Positions 1 to 9,099 of a DNA stretch of 23,269 nucleotides are shown here, piece by piece (the first letter of the stretch is position 1; each line of letters starts with the position of its first letter). The notes under the pieces were generated by a model. That model was not told the origin of the DNA. It made no database searches and saw only the letters and a list, made by a program, of their open reading frames with translations. The stretch covers positions 1 to 23,269 of the forward strand of contig JBDIWJ010000029.1 in NCBI GenBank assembly GCA_039638295.1. Direction: 5' to 3'. Made by a program: the position numbers and the translations under genes. The DNA is from Candidatus Phoenicimicrobium oleiphilum. Its GTDB lineage: Bacteria; Atribacterota; Phoenicimicrobiia; Phoenicimicrobiales; Phoenicimicrobiaceae.

Positions 1-540
1 CATATGAGCAATTACTTCATCAAGGAGTAAAATAACCGGAGTCCTATATTTCTCACTAAAATTAACCGCCTTAATAGTTAAAGTAAGCACCTCATTAACT
101 GTAGAAGGAGCCAGGGCAATAATAGAATGATCACCATGAGTCCCCCATCTTGCTTGCATCATATCTCCTTGAGAAGGTTTGGTTGGCAAACCAGTACTTG
201 GTCCTCCTCTCTGAGCATTTACAATTACACAAGGAATTTCGCTAATTATGGCGAAACCCAAATTTTCTTGCTTTAAGGAAAAACCAGGACCAGAGGTAGC
301 AGTCAATGATTTAAATCCGGCTATAGAAGCACCGATTACTGCAGCTATACTAGCAATTTCATCTTCCATTTGCACAAATTTACCTCCGATTTGGGGTAGA
401 AGACGAGCCATCCCTTCAGCAATTTCTGAAGAAGGAGTAATGGGATAGCCAGCAAAAAATCTAACTCCTGATAATATTGCACCCTTCACACAAGCTTCAT
501 TGCCTTGTAATAATTCTACGTTTCTTTTTAACTTATTCAT
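1..540 (-). CDS. 2-oxoacid:ferredoxin oxidoreductase alpha subunit, 5' part (runs off the left edge)
   Basis: Not in the ORF track. Manual translation from ATG at 540 gives MNKLKRNVELLQGNEACVKGAILSGVRFFAGYPITPSSEIAEG...QMEDEIASIAAVIGAS...TATSGPGFSLKQENLG...NAQRGGPSTGLPT, with the YPITP, EDE, TSGPG and QRGGPSTG motifs of KorA/VorB-type subunits. Confidence 0.93.
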   Translation of the reverse strand, partial: MNKLKRNVELLQGNEACVKGAILSGVRFFAGYPITPSSEIAEGMARLLPQIGGKFVQMEDEIASIAAVIGASIAGFKSLTATSGPGFSLKQENLGFAIISEIPCVIVNAQRGGPSTGLPTKPSQGDMMQARWGTHGDHSIIALAPSTVNEVLTLTIKAVNFSEKYRTPVILLLDEVIAHM

Positions 541-544
541 CTTT

Positions 545-775
545 TTACTCCCCTCCCTCTACTGTAATAGCAAAATCTGGACATCTCAATTCACAAAGGC
601 TACACTTAATACACTCATTGATGTTTATAGGAATAGGTTTTCCTTGCTCATCAGCAGCCAAAACATCCTTGGGACAAAATTCTATACAAATACCACAAGC
701 CTTACACCATTCTTTCCGCACAGATATTTTTACCGAATCATTCTGATAAATTTCTATCAATTTATTTTCCTTCAT
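545..775 (-). CDS. 2x[4Fe-4S] ferredoxin, probable delta subunit of the oxidoreductase
   Basis: Two CxxCxxCxxxCP motifs (CKACGICIEFCP, CIKCSLCELRCP); overlaps the GntR stop and directly precedes the alpha subunit. Confidence 0.92.
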   Translation of the reverse strand: MKENKLIEIYQNDSVKISVRKEWCKACGICIEFCPKDVLAADEQGKPIPININECIKCSLCELRCPDFAITVEGGE

Positions 776-1770
776 CTTTTTTCTTTTCTGCCTCCTTCAC
801 TTTTAAGATCCAAAATAGCTAATTTTAACATATTTATTGAACCTTTGTCAGGGACATAAATAAACTCAATAAGAGGTATCTTGGGGGAGATCATTTTTTC
901 TACTTCTTTCTTTCTTCCAGGAGAAGTTATTACTATATCTAAACCGATTAAAAATTTCTCTAATTCATCTTGGTTATGAGAAGTGGAAAATTTAAAACTT
1001 TGATACTTTATACCAGCTTGTCTTATGGACTGAAAAACTCTCTGCGCAAATCTATCAGTAATACATACTAAACCTATTCTTTTATCCCCAGAGGATAAAT
1101 GAGCAATGTTTACCATAGTTTCCATCAAAGGGTCTAAAGCAATAGCTAAGACTTTTTGTTCTTGTTCAGCAAGGTATTTTTTGACTTCATCAAAATGAAA
1201 AAAGGTGGTAACCACTAAGTCGATAGATTTAAGTTGTTCCTTGAATTTGTTGGGGTTTTTCTGGATTTCATCTATTAAAATAGGAACTATAGAGATGCCT
1301 GTACCTAATTCTATCCCTTTAGAAAAAAAATATAATTGTTCATAATTACATTCAATAAAAGCGATATTAATATTTTTTATTAATTTTTCTTTCTCTTCTA
1401 TTTTTCTGTTTACTATTTTCTTTAACTCATTCAACTCAAAATTTAATTCCAGAGCCTCATTAATTGTAACATCAATAATCTCTTCTAATTTTGCTAAATT
1501 ACTATTCGCTTTTGATTCAGTATAATTTATAATATTCGGATTAGGGAAAGTTCCTTTCCCCGGGATAGATAGTATTGTATTCTCCAAAACTAATTCTTTA
1601 TAAGCCATGCTCACAGTATTTCTACTAATCTCTAACTTTTCAGATAGCTCCCTTTCAGTTGGTAGTTGTTCGCCCACTTTTAAATTACCGTTTTCTAACA
1701 GCTTTTTGATTTGATGTTTTATCTGAAGATATAAAGGTATTCCGCTTTTTTTATCAATTTCAATTTTCAT
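772..1770 (-). CDS. GntR-family transcriptional regulator with a long C-terminal effector-type domain
   Basis: N-terminal wHTH (PLYLQIKHQI...LPTERELSEKLEISRNTVSMAYKEL...GKGTF). The likely start is ATG 1770 (MKIEIDKKSG) rather than the track's 1827. Confidence 0.88.
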   Translation of the reverse strand: MKIEIDKKSGIPLYLQIKHQIKKLLENGNLKVGEQLPTERELSEKLEISRNTVSMAYKELVLENTILSIPGKGTFPNPNIINYTESKANSNLAKLEEIIDVTINEALELNFELNELKKIVNRKIEEKEKLIKNINIAFIECNYEQLYFFSKGIELGTGISIVPILIDEIQKNPNKFKEQLKSIDLVVTTFFHFDEVKKYLAEQEQKVLAIALDPLMETMVNIAHLSSGDKRIGLVCITDRFAQRVFQSIRQAGIKYQSFKFSTSHNQDELEKFLIGLDIVITSPGRKKEVEKMISPKIPLIEFIYVPDKGSINMLKLAILDLKSEGGRKEKR

Positions 1771-1818
1771 TAAAGATTTCCTTTTTAAAATCATTAACCC
1801 CGATTCTAAATCCAAATA

Positions 1819-1849
1819 TTGGACCAATGGATTAATGTATTAGTCCATT
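1819..1849. promoter_or_regulatory. Palindromic candidate GntR operator
   Basis: AATGGATTAAT-gt-ATTAGTCCATT (1826-1849, 10/11 arm match), overlapped by a related TGGACCAAT half-site, 55-80 bp upstream of the gntR start. Confidence 0.5.
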
Positions 1850-2089
1850 TAAATAATAACATAGATTTCTAAAAAATCAATAATAATTTTACTTTTTTAA
1901 AATAATAATTATTTAAGTAGTCAGTATATAGAATATTGTGAGCGGATAACGTGTAATGTATAGTAATTTTGTATTTTGTATTACATATCGTATATTGCGT
2001 AAAGGCAGATTAAAAACTATAAGTACGTTATAAGTAATACATTTAATATTATAATATCGTTTGCGTTAAACTAAAATCGAAAAGCTAAG

Positions 2090-2176
2090 CTTGTGCCCGC
2101 GAAAGCGGGTAAACTAAAAACCATTACTCGTTTTCACGAGTACAAGAATCCAAAATCTTGTCCCCATGAAAAGGGG
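2090..2176. repeat. Two related GC-rich mini-hairpin repeats
   Basis: CTTGTGCCCGC-GAAA-GCGGG (2090-2109) and CTTGTCCCCAT-GAAA-AGGGG (2157-2176), with a TACTCG...CGAGTA hairpin between them. Confidence 0.5.
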
Positions 2177-2211
2177 GGCAAAACTTTTTCTTATATAACA
2201 TTGCTTTTAAT

Positions 2212-2285
2212 GCAGGGGTCAGATTCATCCTACCCGAGTTATTCTGGTAATTTTTTATAACGGGCTCGATGAATCAAGCCCCTAC
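2212..2285. repeat. Inverted pair of GTAG-type REP-like units (REPIN-like doublet)
   Basis: GCAGGGGTCAGATTCATCCTACCCG on + (2212-2236) faces GTAGGGGCTTGATTCATCGAGCCCG on - (2261-2285). The latter has a GTAG head followed by a GGGCTTGAT/ATCGAGCCC palindrome. Confidence 0.65.
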
Positions 2286-2446
2286 GCATTATCTAATTTT
2301 CTTTTTTTTAACTACTAACTTTTATTTTCCTAACGCAATGCGCGATACTAATCAGGTTTCTGACTTCTATTTTCTTTACTAAATACTATTCACTAATGAC
2401 TATTTTCTCAACGAGATACAATTCACGAGATACGCTTTTTATTCAG

Positions 2447-4450
2447 CTATTCTTCCAGAACTGCCACTTCTTTACTTTTAAACAAAATCTGAGATACAAA
2501 AGTTACCCCAATTAAAAGAAGTCCTAATATATTAATCATATAATTTCCCGGTATTATCATAAAAGCACCCAATAAGAGCATTATCCTTTCATAGAATTTT
2601 GCATTTTTAATTAAATAGCCCTGTGTACCTGCAGCTATGCTTATAGACATAGCAGTAGATAACAACAAGAAAAATCCTAATTTAGCTAAATTTAGCCCTG
2701 AGGTGAAGTTCCAGGAAATCAATTCGGCGTGATATATAAACATAAAGGGTAACATATATCCGGGAATAGCTAATTTAGTAGACTCTACTCCTACTTTCAT
2801 CGCAGGAGCTCTCGCTATTGCTGCTCCAGCAAATACTGCTAACATTACTGGAGGAGTAATATCAGCCAGTATACCATAATAAAAAACAAACATATGGGGT
2901 AAAATAAGATGAGTATTTTCTGCCATTAATTTGATTAAAGCGGGAGCAATCAAAGTAGCCATTATAATGTAATTAGCGGTAGTAGGTATGCCCATTCCTA
3001 AAACCAGAGAAGCCAAAGAAGCCAAGATCAAGGCAAGGGGTAAAATTCCCCGTGAAATATCAAATACAATTCCGGTAAATTTCAATCCCAATCCAGACAT
3101 AGTAGTGATACCCACAATTATCCCAGCTGCTGCACAAGCTACTGCCACAGTAGTAGCAGAAATTCCAGCTTCGGTAACTGCCTCCAAAAATTTTCTGGGA
3201 GTTAGTCTGGTCTTTTCAGAAAACATGCTAACTATAATTAAAATTACAATACTAAGCACTACTGACTTTTGCGGAGAATACCCTTGAACTAATAAATATA
3301 TTAAAGCAAAGATGGGAGCCAATAAAATCCACCCTGTTTTTAAAGTTTTAAATAAATCAGGTAGCTGACTTCTGGAAAGACCACGTAAACCGATTTTGGC
3401 TGCCCTTAAATCAACAGCCATAAATAAAGCAAAATAGTAAAAAAAAGCTGGAAAAATTGCTGCCTTAGCAATTTCAATATAGGGAACCCCTAGAAATTCA
3501 GCCATAATAAAGGCAGCAGCTCCCATAATAGGTGGCATTAATTGACCTCCAGTAGAAGCAACTGGTTCTACTGCTCCAGCAAAGACTGAACTATAACCAA
3601 CACTTTTCATTAGAGGTATAGTAAAACTTCCCGTAGTTACAGTATTGGCAGTAGAACTACCCGATACGGTCCCCATCATTCCACTGGAAACTACTGCTGC
3701 CTTTGCCGGTCCTCCCCTGGTATATCCAGTAAGAGCTGTGGCAAAATCTATAAAAAATTTACCTGCTCCAGTTTTATTTAAAATTGCCCCGAATAAAATA
3801 AAAAGATAGACAAAACTTGCTGAAACACCTAAGGGAGTTCCAAAAATTCCTGCATCAGTTAGATATAGATAATAAGCTACTCTCCTTATAGAAAAGGTTC
3901 CATGAGAAAATCTTCCTGGCATATAGGGACCAAAGACTAAGGCATATAACAAAAAAAATACTGCCACTAACATTAAGGGAAGACCCACTGCTCTTCGAGT
4001 TGCTTCTAAGGTTAGTAATACTAAAATAATTCCTAAATAAACATCCGTAGAATTTGGCGCACCTGCCCGCCAGACTAATTCATGAATATTAGTAAGTATA
4101 TAAAAACATAAAATAATGGCCAAACCTATGAGTATCAAATCATAAAATTGTATTTTATCTCGAGGGGTTTTCTTGCTTCTGGCAAAGATAGAATAGGTCA
4201 GAATTAAGATAAACATAAAATGGATAGAACGCTGAATAAGGCTAAAATATGCTCCAAACCATCCTGTATACATATGAAAGACAAATAATCCGAGAGAAGC
4301 AATTATAATAGGAATAGACCAAAGGCCAGTTAAATTCCTTTTGTTTTTAGTTTCAATTTCTTCAATTTCTTTTATTATTTTTTCATCCACTTTTATTTCT
4401 TCTTCTCTATTTCCTTTTAAATTAATCTGCAATTTTTCGTTTTTACTCAC
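2447..4450 (-). CDS. TAXI-type TRAP transporter fused (4TM/12TM) permease
   Basis: 667-aa polytopic protein with GGPAKAAVVSS, GTVSGSSTAN, ASTGGQLMPPIMGAAAF, GMGIPTTANY and ADITPPV motifs; clustered with a TAXI binding protein. Confidence 0.93.
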   Translation of the reverse strand: MSKNEKLQINLKGNREEEIKVDEKIIKEIEEIETKNKRNLTGLWSIPIIIASLGLFVFHMYTGWFGAYFSLIQRSIHFMFILILTYSIFARSKKTPRDKIQFYDLILIGLAIILCFYILTNIHELVWRAGAPNSTDVYLGIILVLLTLEATRRAVGLPLMLVAVFFLLYALVFGPYMPGRFSHGTFSIRRVAYYLYLTDAGIFGTPLGVSASFVYLFILFGAILNKTGAGKFFIDFATALTGYTRGGPAKAAVVSSGMMGTVSGSSTANTVTTGSFTIPLMKSVGYSSVFAGAVEPVASTGGQLMPPIMGAAAFIMAEFLGVPYIEIAKAAIFPAFFYYFALFMAVDLRAAKIGLRGLSRSQLPDLFKTLKTGWILLAPIFALIYLLVQGYSPQKSVVLSIVILIIVSMFSEKTRLTPRKFLEAVTEAGISATTVAVACAAAGIIVGITTMSGLGLKFTGIVFDISRGILPLALILASLASLVLGMGIPTTANYIIMATLIAPALIKLMAENTHLILPHMFVFYYGILADITPPVMLAVFAGAAIARAPAMKVGVESTKLAIPGYMLPFMFIYHAELISWNFTSGLNLAKLGFFLLLSTAMSISIAAGTQGYLIKNAKFYERIMLLLGAFMIIPGNYMINILGLLLIGVTFVSQILFKSKEVAVLEE

Positions 4451-4959
4451 TTATTATTTATACCTCCTTCAGTAGTAATAATTATATCTACAGGATCCCC
4501 CATATTAGTTAAGGAAGATAGAATAAATTCTCTATTTTTGTATTTTATTTTTTGCTCTACCGTAAAAGCTACCCGCAAAGAAAGTTTTTCCATTTCTCTG
4601 TTTACATTTACTCTTACCATTTTGTCACTAAATTTTATATCTTTGGAAGTGTGATACTCTTGCCCCACTCCATACCAGGGATATTCCTCAATAAGGAGAG
4701 AAAATTTACCACTCTCTTTCACTTCAAAAGTATCAATTATGGGATTTAAATCTCTCGAATTTATATATTCTAAATAAAATTTGTCTCCAATGGAAACTTC
4801 AATTTTTACTAATATATCATTATCTTTTCTATTAATTATTTCTAAATAATATTTTGTTTCGGCATTTACTGCTTCATTTTTTATAAAATATAAAACAAGA
4901 AGTATAAAAAAAATAATCAGGGAAACCAAAATGGTTTCCCTGATTTCTTTCTTAGACAT
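4447..4959 (-). CDS. DUF1850-like accessory protein of TAXI-TRAP operons
   Basis: N-terminal TM helix, then FYLEYINS...PIIDTF...YGVG; sits between the TAXI SBP and permease, overlapping both by 1-4 nt. Confidence 0.65.
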   Translation of the reverse strand: MSKKEIRETILVSLIIFFILLVLYFIKNEAVNAETKYYLEIINRKDNDILVKIEVSIGDKFYLEYINSRDLNPIIDTFEVKESGKFSLLIEEYPWYGVGQEYHTSKDIKFSDKMVRVNVNREMEKLSLRVAFTVEQKIKYKNREFILSSLTNMGDPVDIIITTEGGINNK

Positions 4960-5909
4960 TAAAGTAATCCCAACTCCTTAAAGTATTTCTCAGCACCAGG
5001 ATGAAGAGGAATTCCAGTCTTGACACCATTTTCAGGAATCAATTGTTTAGCTACAGGATGGACATTGTGTATTTCTTCAGCATTTTCAAACAAAGTTTTT
5101 ACTAAAAGATAGGCAATATTTTCATCAACATTTTTATTGATTACTACATCATTTCCAACTTGAACAGTTGTAACATCATAGTCCTGCCCTTTATAAGTAT
5201 TAGCAGGTATTTTGCCTTCTTTATAGTAAGGAAATTTAGTTGTTATTTCTTTTATAATATCAGCATCAATAGATACAAAATAAACATCTCTTACTGCAGT
5301 TACTTCTTGTACAGCAGAAGCTGGAAAAGCAAAATTCCAGAATACTGCATCTACATTTCTATCCTTCAAGGCTTGAGCTGCTTCAGGTTGGGAATAATAA
5401 CTGACCTTCATATCATCGTAAGTCATCCCAGCTGCTTCAATAATTAATTTGGACAAAGTTTCACAACCACTTCCTGGAGCATCTACGGAAACTCTCTTCC
5501 CTTTCAAATCTCTAACTGATTTAATATTAGGATCTAAAACCAACAAGTGTTGAGGAGCAGGATACATAGAAAATAGACCTAAAATAGGTTGGGGATTTCC
5601 TTCGAATGGGCTTAATTTCCCTTCCCAGGCTTTAAAAGCCACACCGCCCATTGCCATTCCAATCTGAATTTCTCCACTACCTACTAATCTGCAATTTTCT
5701 ACTGAAGCAGCAGTTGATTCAGCAGTCGCTTCAATTCCTTCCGCTTTCAATAATTTTGTCCAGAGATCAGCCATTGCTCCACCTAACGGGTAGTATACTC
5801 CTCCTGGGCTTCCAGTTCCAAAAGTAATATGAGTAACTGCTAAACCAATCCCAGAAAACATAAACACTATTAAACTAACCATCAATATCAAGCTTAAATA
5901 TTTTTTCAT
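4959..5909 (-). CDS. TAXI-family TRAP solute-binding protein
   Basis: Signal peptide, GTGSPGGVYYPLG, STAASVEN, DLKGKRVS and C-terminal IPLHPGAEKYF; GGAGG RBS upstream. Confidence 0.94.
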   Translation of the reverse strand: MKKYLSLILMVSLIVFMFSGIGLAVTHITFGTGSPGGVYYPLGGAMADLWTKLLKAEGIEATAESTAASVENCRLVGSGEIQIGMAMGGVAFKAWEGKLSPFEGNPQPILGLFSMYPAPQHLLVLDPNIKSVRDLKGKRVSVDAPGSGCETLSKLIIEAAGMTYDDMKVSYYSQPEAAQALKDRNVDAVFWNFAFPASAVQEVTAVRDVYFVSIDADIIKEITTKFPYYKEGKIPANTYKGQDYDVTTVQVGNDVVINKNVDENIAYLLVKTLFENAEEIHNVHPVAKQLIPENGVKTGIPLHPGAEKYFKELGLL

Positions 5910-6047
5910 TATATTACCTCCATTTTTAAATTTTTTTAATCTATCGTGTCTGTTCTTTCAACTAAAAATATCTGCTCTAAACTAAGAGCTTGATTTGCCA
6001 TTAAATCTTTTCTACCACCTCCTTTAATCGAGTTTTCTTCTTCGGAT

Positions 6048-7892
6048 TTAATAGTAATACCAAATTGATTTGTATTCCTCGATATTTTCTCCTCTCTTGG
6101 CAAGTTCCTGGAGATACTTATAAATAGAAAGGTCTTTATAGAGGTATGGTTCAACCGGGGCGATACCCTTTTCCCAAGGATGCCATAAATATATTCTTTG
6201 TCCTTCTTTATTTAAGCCTATCAATTCTCTATCCTGCCAGGCTCGAATATGATTTTTACCTAATCGAGGTACATTAAAGACTGGTTCATCAGTTCTGAAT
6301 TGACCTGGTAATAATCTCGCCTCTTCTTTTCTTTCTTGCCACAGACGAGCAACTGGAACAAGATAATCTTTAGTCTCTTCTTTCCCTTTAGGATAAAAAG
6401 TATAGTAAGGATCTACTCCTGCCTTCTTCATTGCTATCCTCGCTGCTACATTCTGGAACCTCCTGCTGGTCTCTAAAGTATATACTAATTGATTGTAGAC
6501 ATATATCCCCTGTCTTCTAAACTTCATCACTGCTTCTGCTAATTCTGGAGTAACTTCAGAGGCACCTTCTATATGGGTAACTACACAGATATTTCTCTTC
6601 CCTGGTTCTAAATAACTCCCAATTAATTTAGTTAATTTATCGGTTATCCTCATAGGAAGGGTAACCGGAGTTCTACTAGCCCATCTAATATTTATCACAT
6701 GATCCATCTGGCACAATCTATCCATTATATATTTTATCTTACCATCATTTAAAGCTAAGGGGTCTCCACCAGTAATCAATACATCTTTCATAGAGGTGTG
6801 TTCAGCAAACCAATCCAAAGCTCTATCTAATGATTCTTTACCGGGCATTCCTTCAGGCATCATCGGACCGGTTATCTCCCAGTTTCTCTGACAATAGACA
6901 CAAATTTGAGGGCAAGTATCATATGGTTTTAATATAGATATCATCGGATATCTTCTGGTAATTAATTCTTCTGGGGAGGTATCATGTTCGCCCATAAAAT
7001 CAAAATAATATGACCTATCTTTACGATGTTCTTTCATTAATTTGACATAATGCATAGGAGGAATGACCTGAGACCTCACTTGATAGTCATATTTTCTGTC
7101 ATTTCGGGAGAAATCGAATAAAGATAGGTAATAAGGAGTGATACCAAAAGGTATTTTATTTTCCATAGCAATCTCAATAGCTTCGATCTCTTCCTCGGTA
7201 AGAGGCACTAACTTCTTGAGATCCTTTAAATCATCCTTGTTTTGGAATATATGTTTTAAGTGCCAGCGGTAGTCATTCCAATCATTCAAACTCGCGCCAA
7301 AATAATCTAATATCTTCTGGCGATTTTCTTCTCTTTCCTTGACCAGTTGGCTATCACATCCTGAAGGATATCGGTTAATAAAATTATGAACCTTTTCGTA
7401 AAGTTTATCTAAATAATTAGAGCGAGAGGCTCCTGCTTCTCTACCTTTAATCTGGGCAAAATCTACTATTTTAACCCCCTCTTTTTCCAATAATGCTTTC
7501 ATCCAACCTGAAGAAATATCTGCTTTTCCTTTCATAGCTTTAAAAAGGTGAATAAATTCTTCTATAAAACCTTCGCTAATTTCCTCATTTATCTTTTGAT
7601 CGTTTTTAGCCAGGTGCCTTAAATAATCTAAAGTACTAAAACCAGCAATCTCCTCATTTCGAGGGGAAATCAGGTTATTAAATACTTTTATTGCTTCTAA
7701 GACGGTAGCATACTCTAATTTATGTAAACCTTCTTTCCCTTCTCTATATTTCCACTCTAAATCTTTGGAAAATTCAAAGAGTTTTTGCCTTGCTCCCTGC
7801 AAGTCCTCACTCTCTTTTAGAATTTTCAAAATATCTGGATTTTCCCTCCAGAGTTCTTCAATTAATTTACTATTCATATCAGTTTTTCTCAC
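6048..7892 (-). CDS. Long-form KamA-family radical SAM/PLP 2,3-aminomutase (glutamate 2,3-aminomutase-like pocket)
   Basis: CPQICVYCQR radical-SAM motif, ITPYY, RRYP, LITGGDPL, PYYTF and a GK PLP-lysine motif; about 200-aa N-terminal extension. Start may be GTG 7892 or ATG 7877. Confidence 0.88.
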   Translation of the reverse strand: MRKTDMNSKLIEELWRENPDILKILKESEDLQGARQKLFEFSKDLEWKYREGKEGLHKLEYATVLEAIKVFNNLISPRNEEIAGFSTLDYLRHLAKNDQKINEEISEGFIEEFIHLFKAMKGKADISSGWMKALLEKEGVKIVDFAQIKGREAGASRSNYLDKLYEKVHNFINRYPSGCDSQLVKEREENRQKILDYFGASLNDWNDYRWHLKHIFQNKDDLKDLKKLVPLTEEEIEAIEIAMENKIPFGITPYYLSLFDFSRNDRKYDYQVRSQVIPPMHYVKLMKEHRKDRSYYFDFMGEHDTSPEELITRRYPMISILKPYDTCPQICVYCQRNWEITGPMMPEGMPGKESLDRALDWFAEHTSMKDVLITGGDPLALNDGKIKYIMDRLCQMDHVINIRWASRTPVTLPMRITDKLTKLIGSYLEPGKRNICVVTHIEGASEVTPELAEAVMKFRRQGIYVYNQLVYTLETSRRFQNVAARIAMKKAGVDPYYTFYPKGKEETKDYLVPVARLWQERKEEARLLPGQFRTDEPVFNVPRLGKNHIRAWQDRELIGLNKEGQRIYLWHPWEKGIAPVEPYLYKDLSIYKYLQELAKRGENIEEYKSIWYYY

Positions 7893-7959
7893 TCCTCTTA
7901 AAAAATATTTTATATTTTTAATATTTCTGACTAAAAATTAATAATAAATTTAAAAAATG

Positions 7960-8832
7960 TTAATAAAATACATTATATTTTTCCCAAACTTCTTCTAATT
8001 CAGCCAAATATTCTAAAGTTTCCCCTCTCTTCTTTACTCCTACTGCGGTTACCAGAGCATTTATTATACTTAAAGGAGCAGTAAAAGAATCGATAAAAGA
8101 ATTTAAATTACTATTGGCGAATAAACTTGCATCTGCCAATTGAGCCAAAGGAGACATTACACTATCAGTAATTGCGACGGTTTTTGCTCCCTTTTTTTGG
8201 GCATATTCCATAATTTCTACAGTTTGTAGGGTATACCGGGGGAAAGAGATTCCAATTAATAAATCTTTTTCATTAATATTTATCAACTTTTCAAAAAGGT
8301 CGCTTACCCCAAAAGTAATAGTAGTAACATTTTTTAAGATTAAATGAAGTGTAAAACCCATAAAGTAAGCTAAGGAAGCAGCAGTTCGAAGACCTACAAT
8401 ATAGATATTATCCGCCTTGAGCATCTCTTCTACAAATTTATTGAAAGAGTCGAGAGAAATATTGTTCATAGTATTATTAATATTTTCCATATCATTACGA
8501 AGAACTTGGTATAAAACATTTTCGCCGGCATTAACACTTTTAATAGATTTTTTAAGTCGATTAACAGTAGTTAATTTATTTTTAATTCCATCTTGTAAAT
8601 CTCTTTGTAAGGCAGGATAACCATCGTATCCTAAGAAGTTAGCAAATCTCACTACTGTGGATTCACTAACTCCTACTGCTTTCCCTAAATTGTTAGCTGT
8701 AAAGAAGGCGGCCTTATCGGAATGATTTAACAAGTATTCAGCGATTAATCTTTGACTTGCACTGAAATTCTTAAAATTCTCTTTTATGCGAGATTGTAAA
8801 TCAAGATAATTTTTATCTTTTTCAGAATTCAA
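7960..8832 (-). CDS. RpiR/MurR-family regulator (HTH + SIS domain)
   Basis: IAEYLL...VGVSESTVVRFANFLGYDGY HTH; SIS motifs IYIVGLR, ISFPRY, AITDSVMSPL; TTG start with AGGAG RBS. Confidence 0.92.
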   Translation of the reverse strand: MNSEKDKNYLDLQSRIKENFKNFSASQRLIAEYLLNHSDKAAFFTANNLGKAVGVSESTVVRFANFLGYDGYPALQRDLQDGIKNKLTTVNRLKKSIKSVNAGENVLYQVLRNDMENINNTMNNISLDSFNKFVEEMLKADNIYIVGLRTAASLAYFMGFTLHLILKNVTTITFGVSDLFEKLININEKDLLIGISFPRYTLQTVEIMEYAQKKGAKTVAITDSVMSPLAQLADASLFANSNLNSFIDSFTAPLSIINALVTAVGVKKRGETLEYLAELEEVWEKYNVFY

Positions 8833-8935
8833 TTTATATCTCCTTTAAATTAGTCGTTAGCGAATAGTCGTTAGTACAAGAAGACACCTCTCGCCGTGCT
8901 TTTACTTTTCTTTTATAGGGGCACAATCATTAAAT

Positions 8936-9059
8936 ATTAAACAATGATGGTAATGCAATAATTGCAACAATATTATTTTTTTATGCAATTTTCCCATCTC
9001 TAATTTATTATACCACATAAATTTAAAAAATCCTTCTTTTTTTAAAAAAAATTAAAAAT
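8936..9059 (-). promoter_or_regulatory. rpiR promoter region (copy A) with extended -10 and palindromic operator
   Basis: TGTGGTATAAT on - (9007-9017); TGCAA-taa-TTGCA palindrome (8954-8966) downstream of the -10. Both are conserved in copy B. Confidence 0.65.
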
Positions 9060-9099
9060 CTATATAAATTATTTTATGAAAATTAAATTATTAATAAAA

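Noticed and set aside
5936..6154. 72-aa minus-strand ORF
   Set aside because: Overlaps the kamA 3' end out of frame by about 105 nt; only the last 21 codons have any RBS support.
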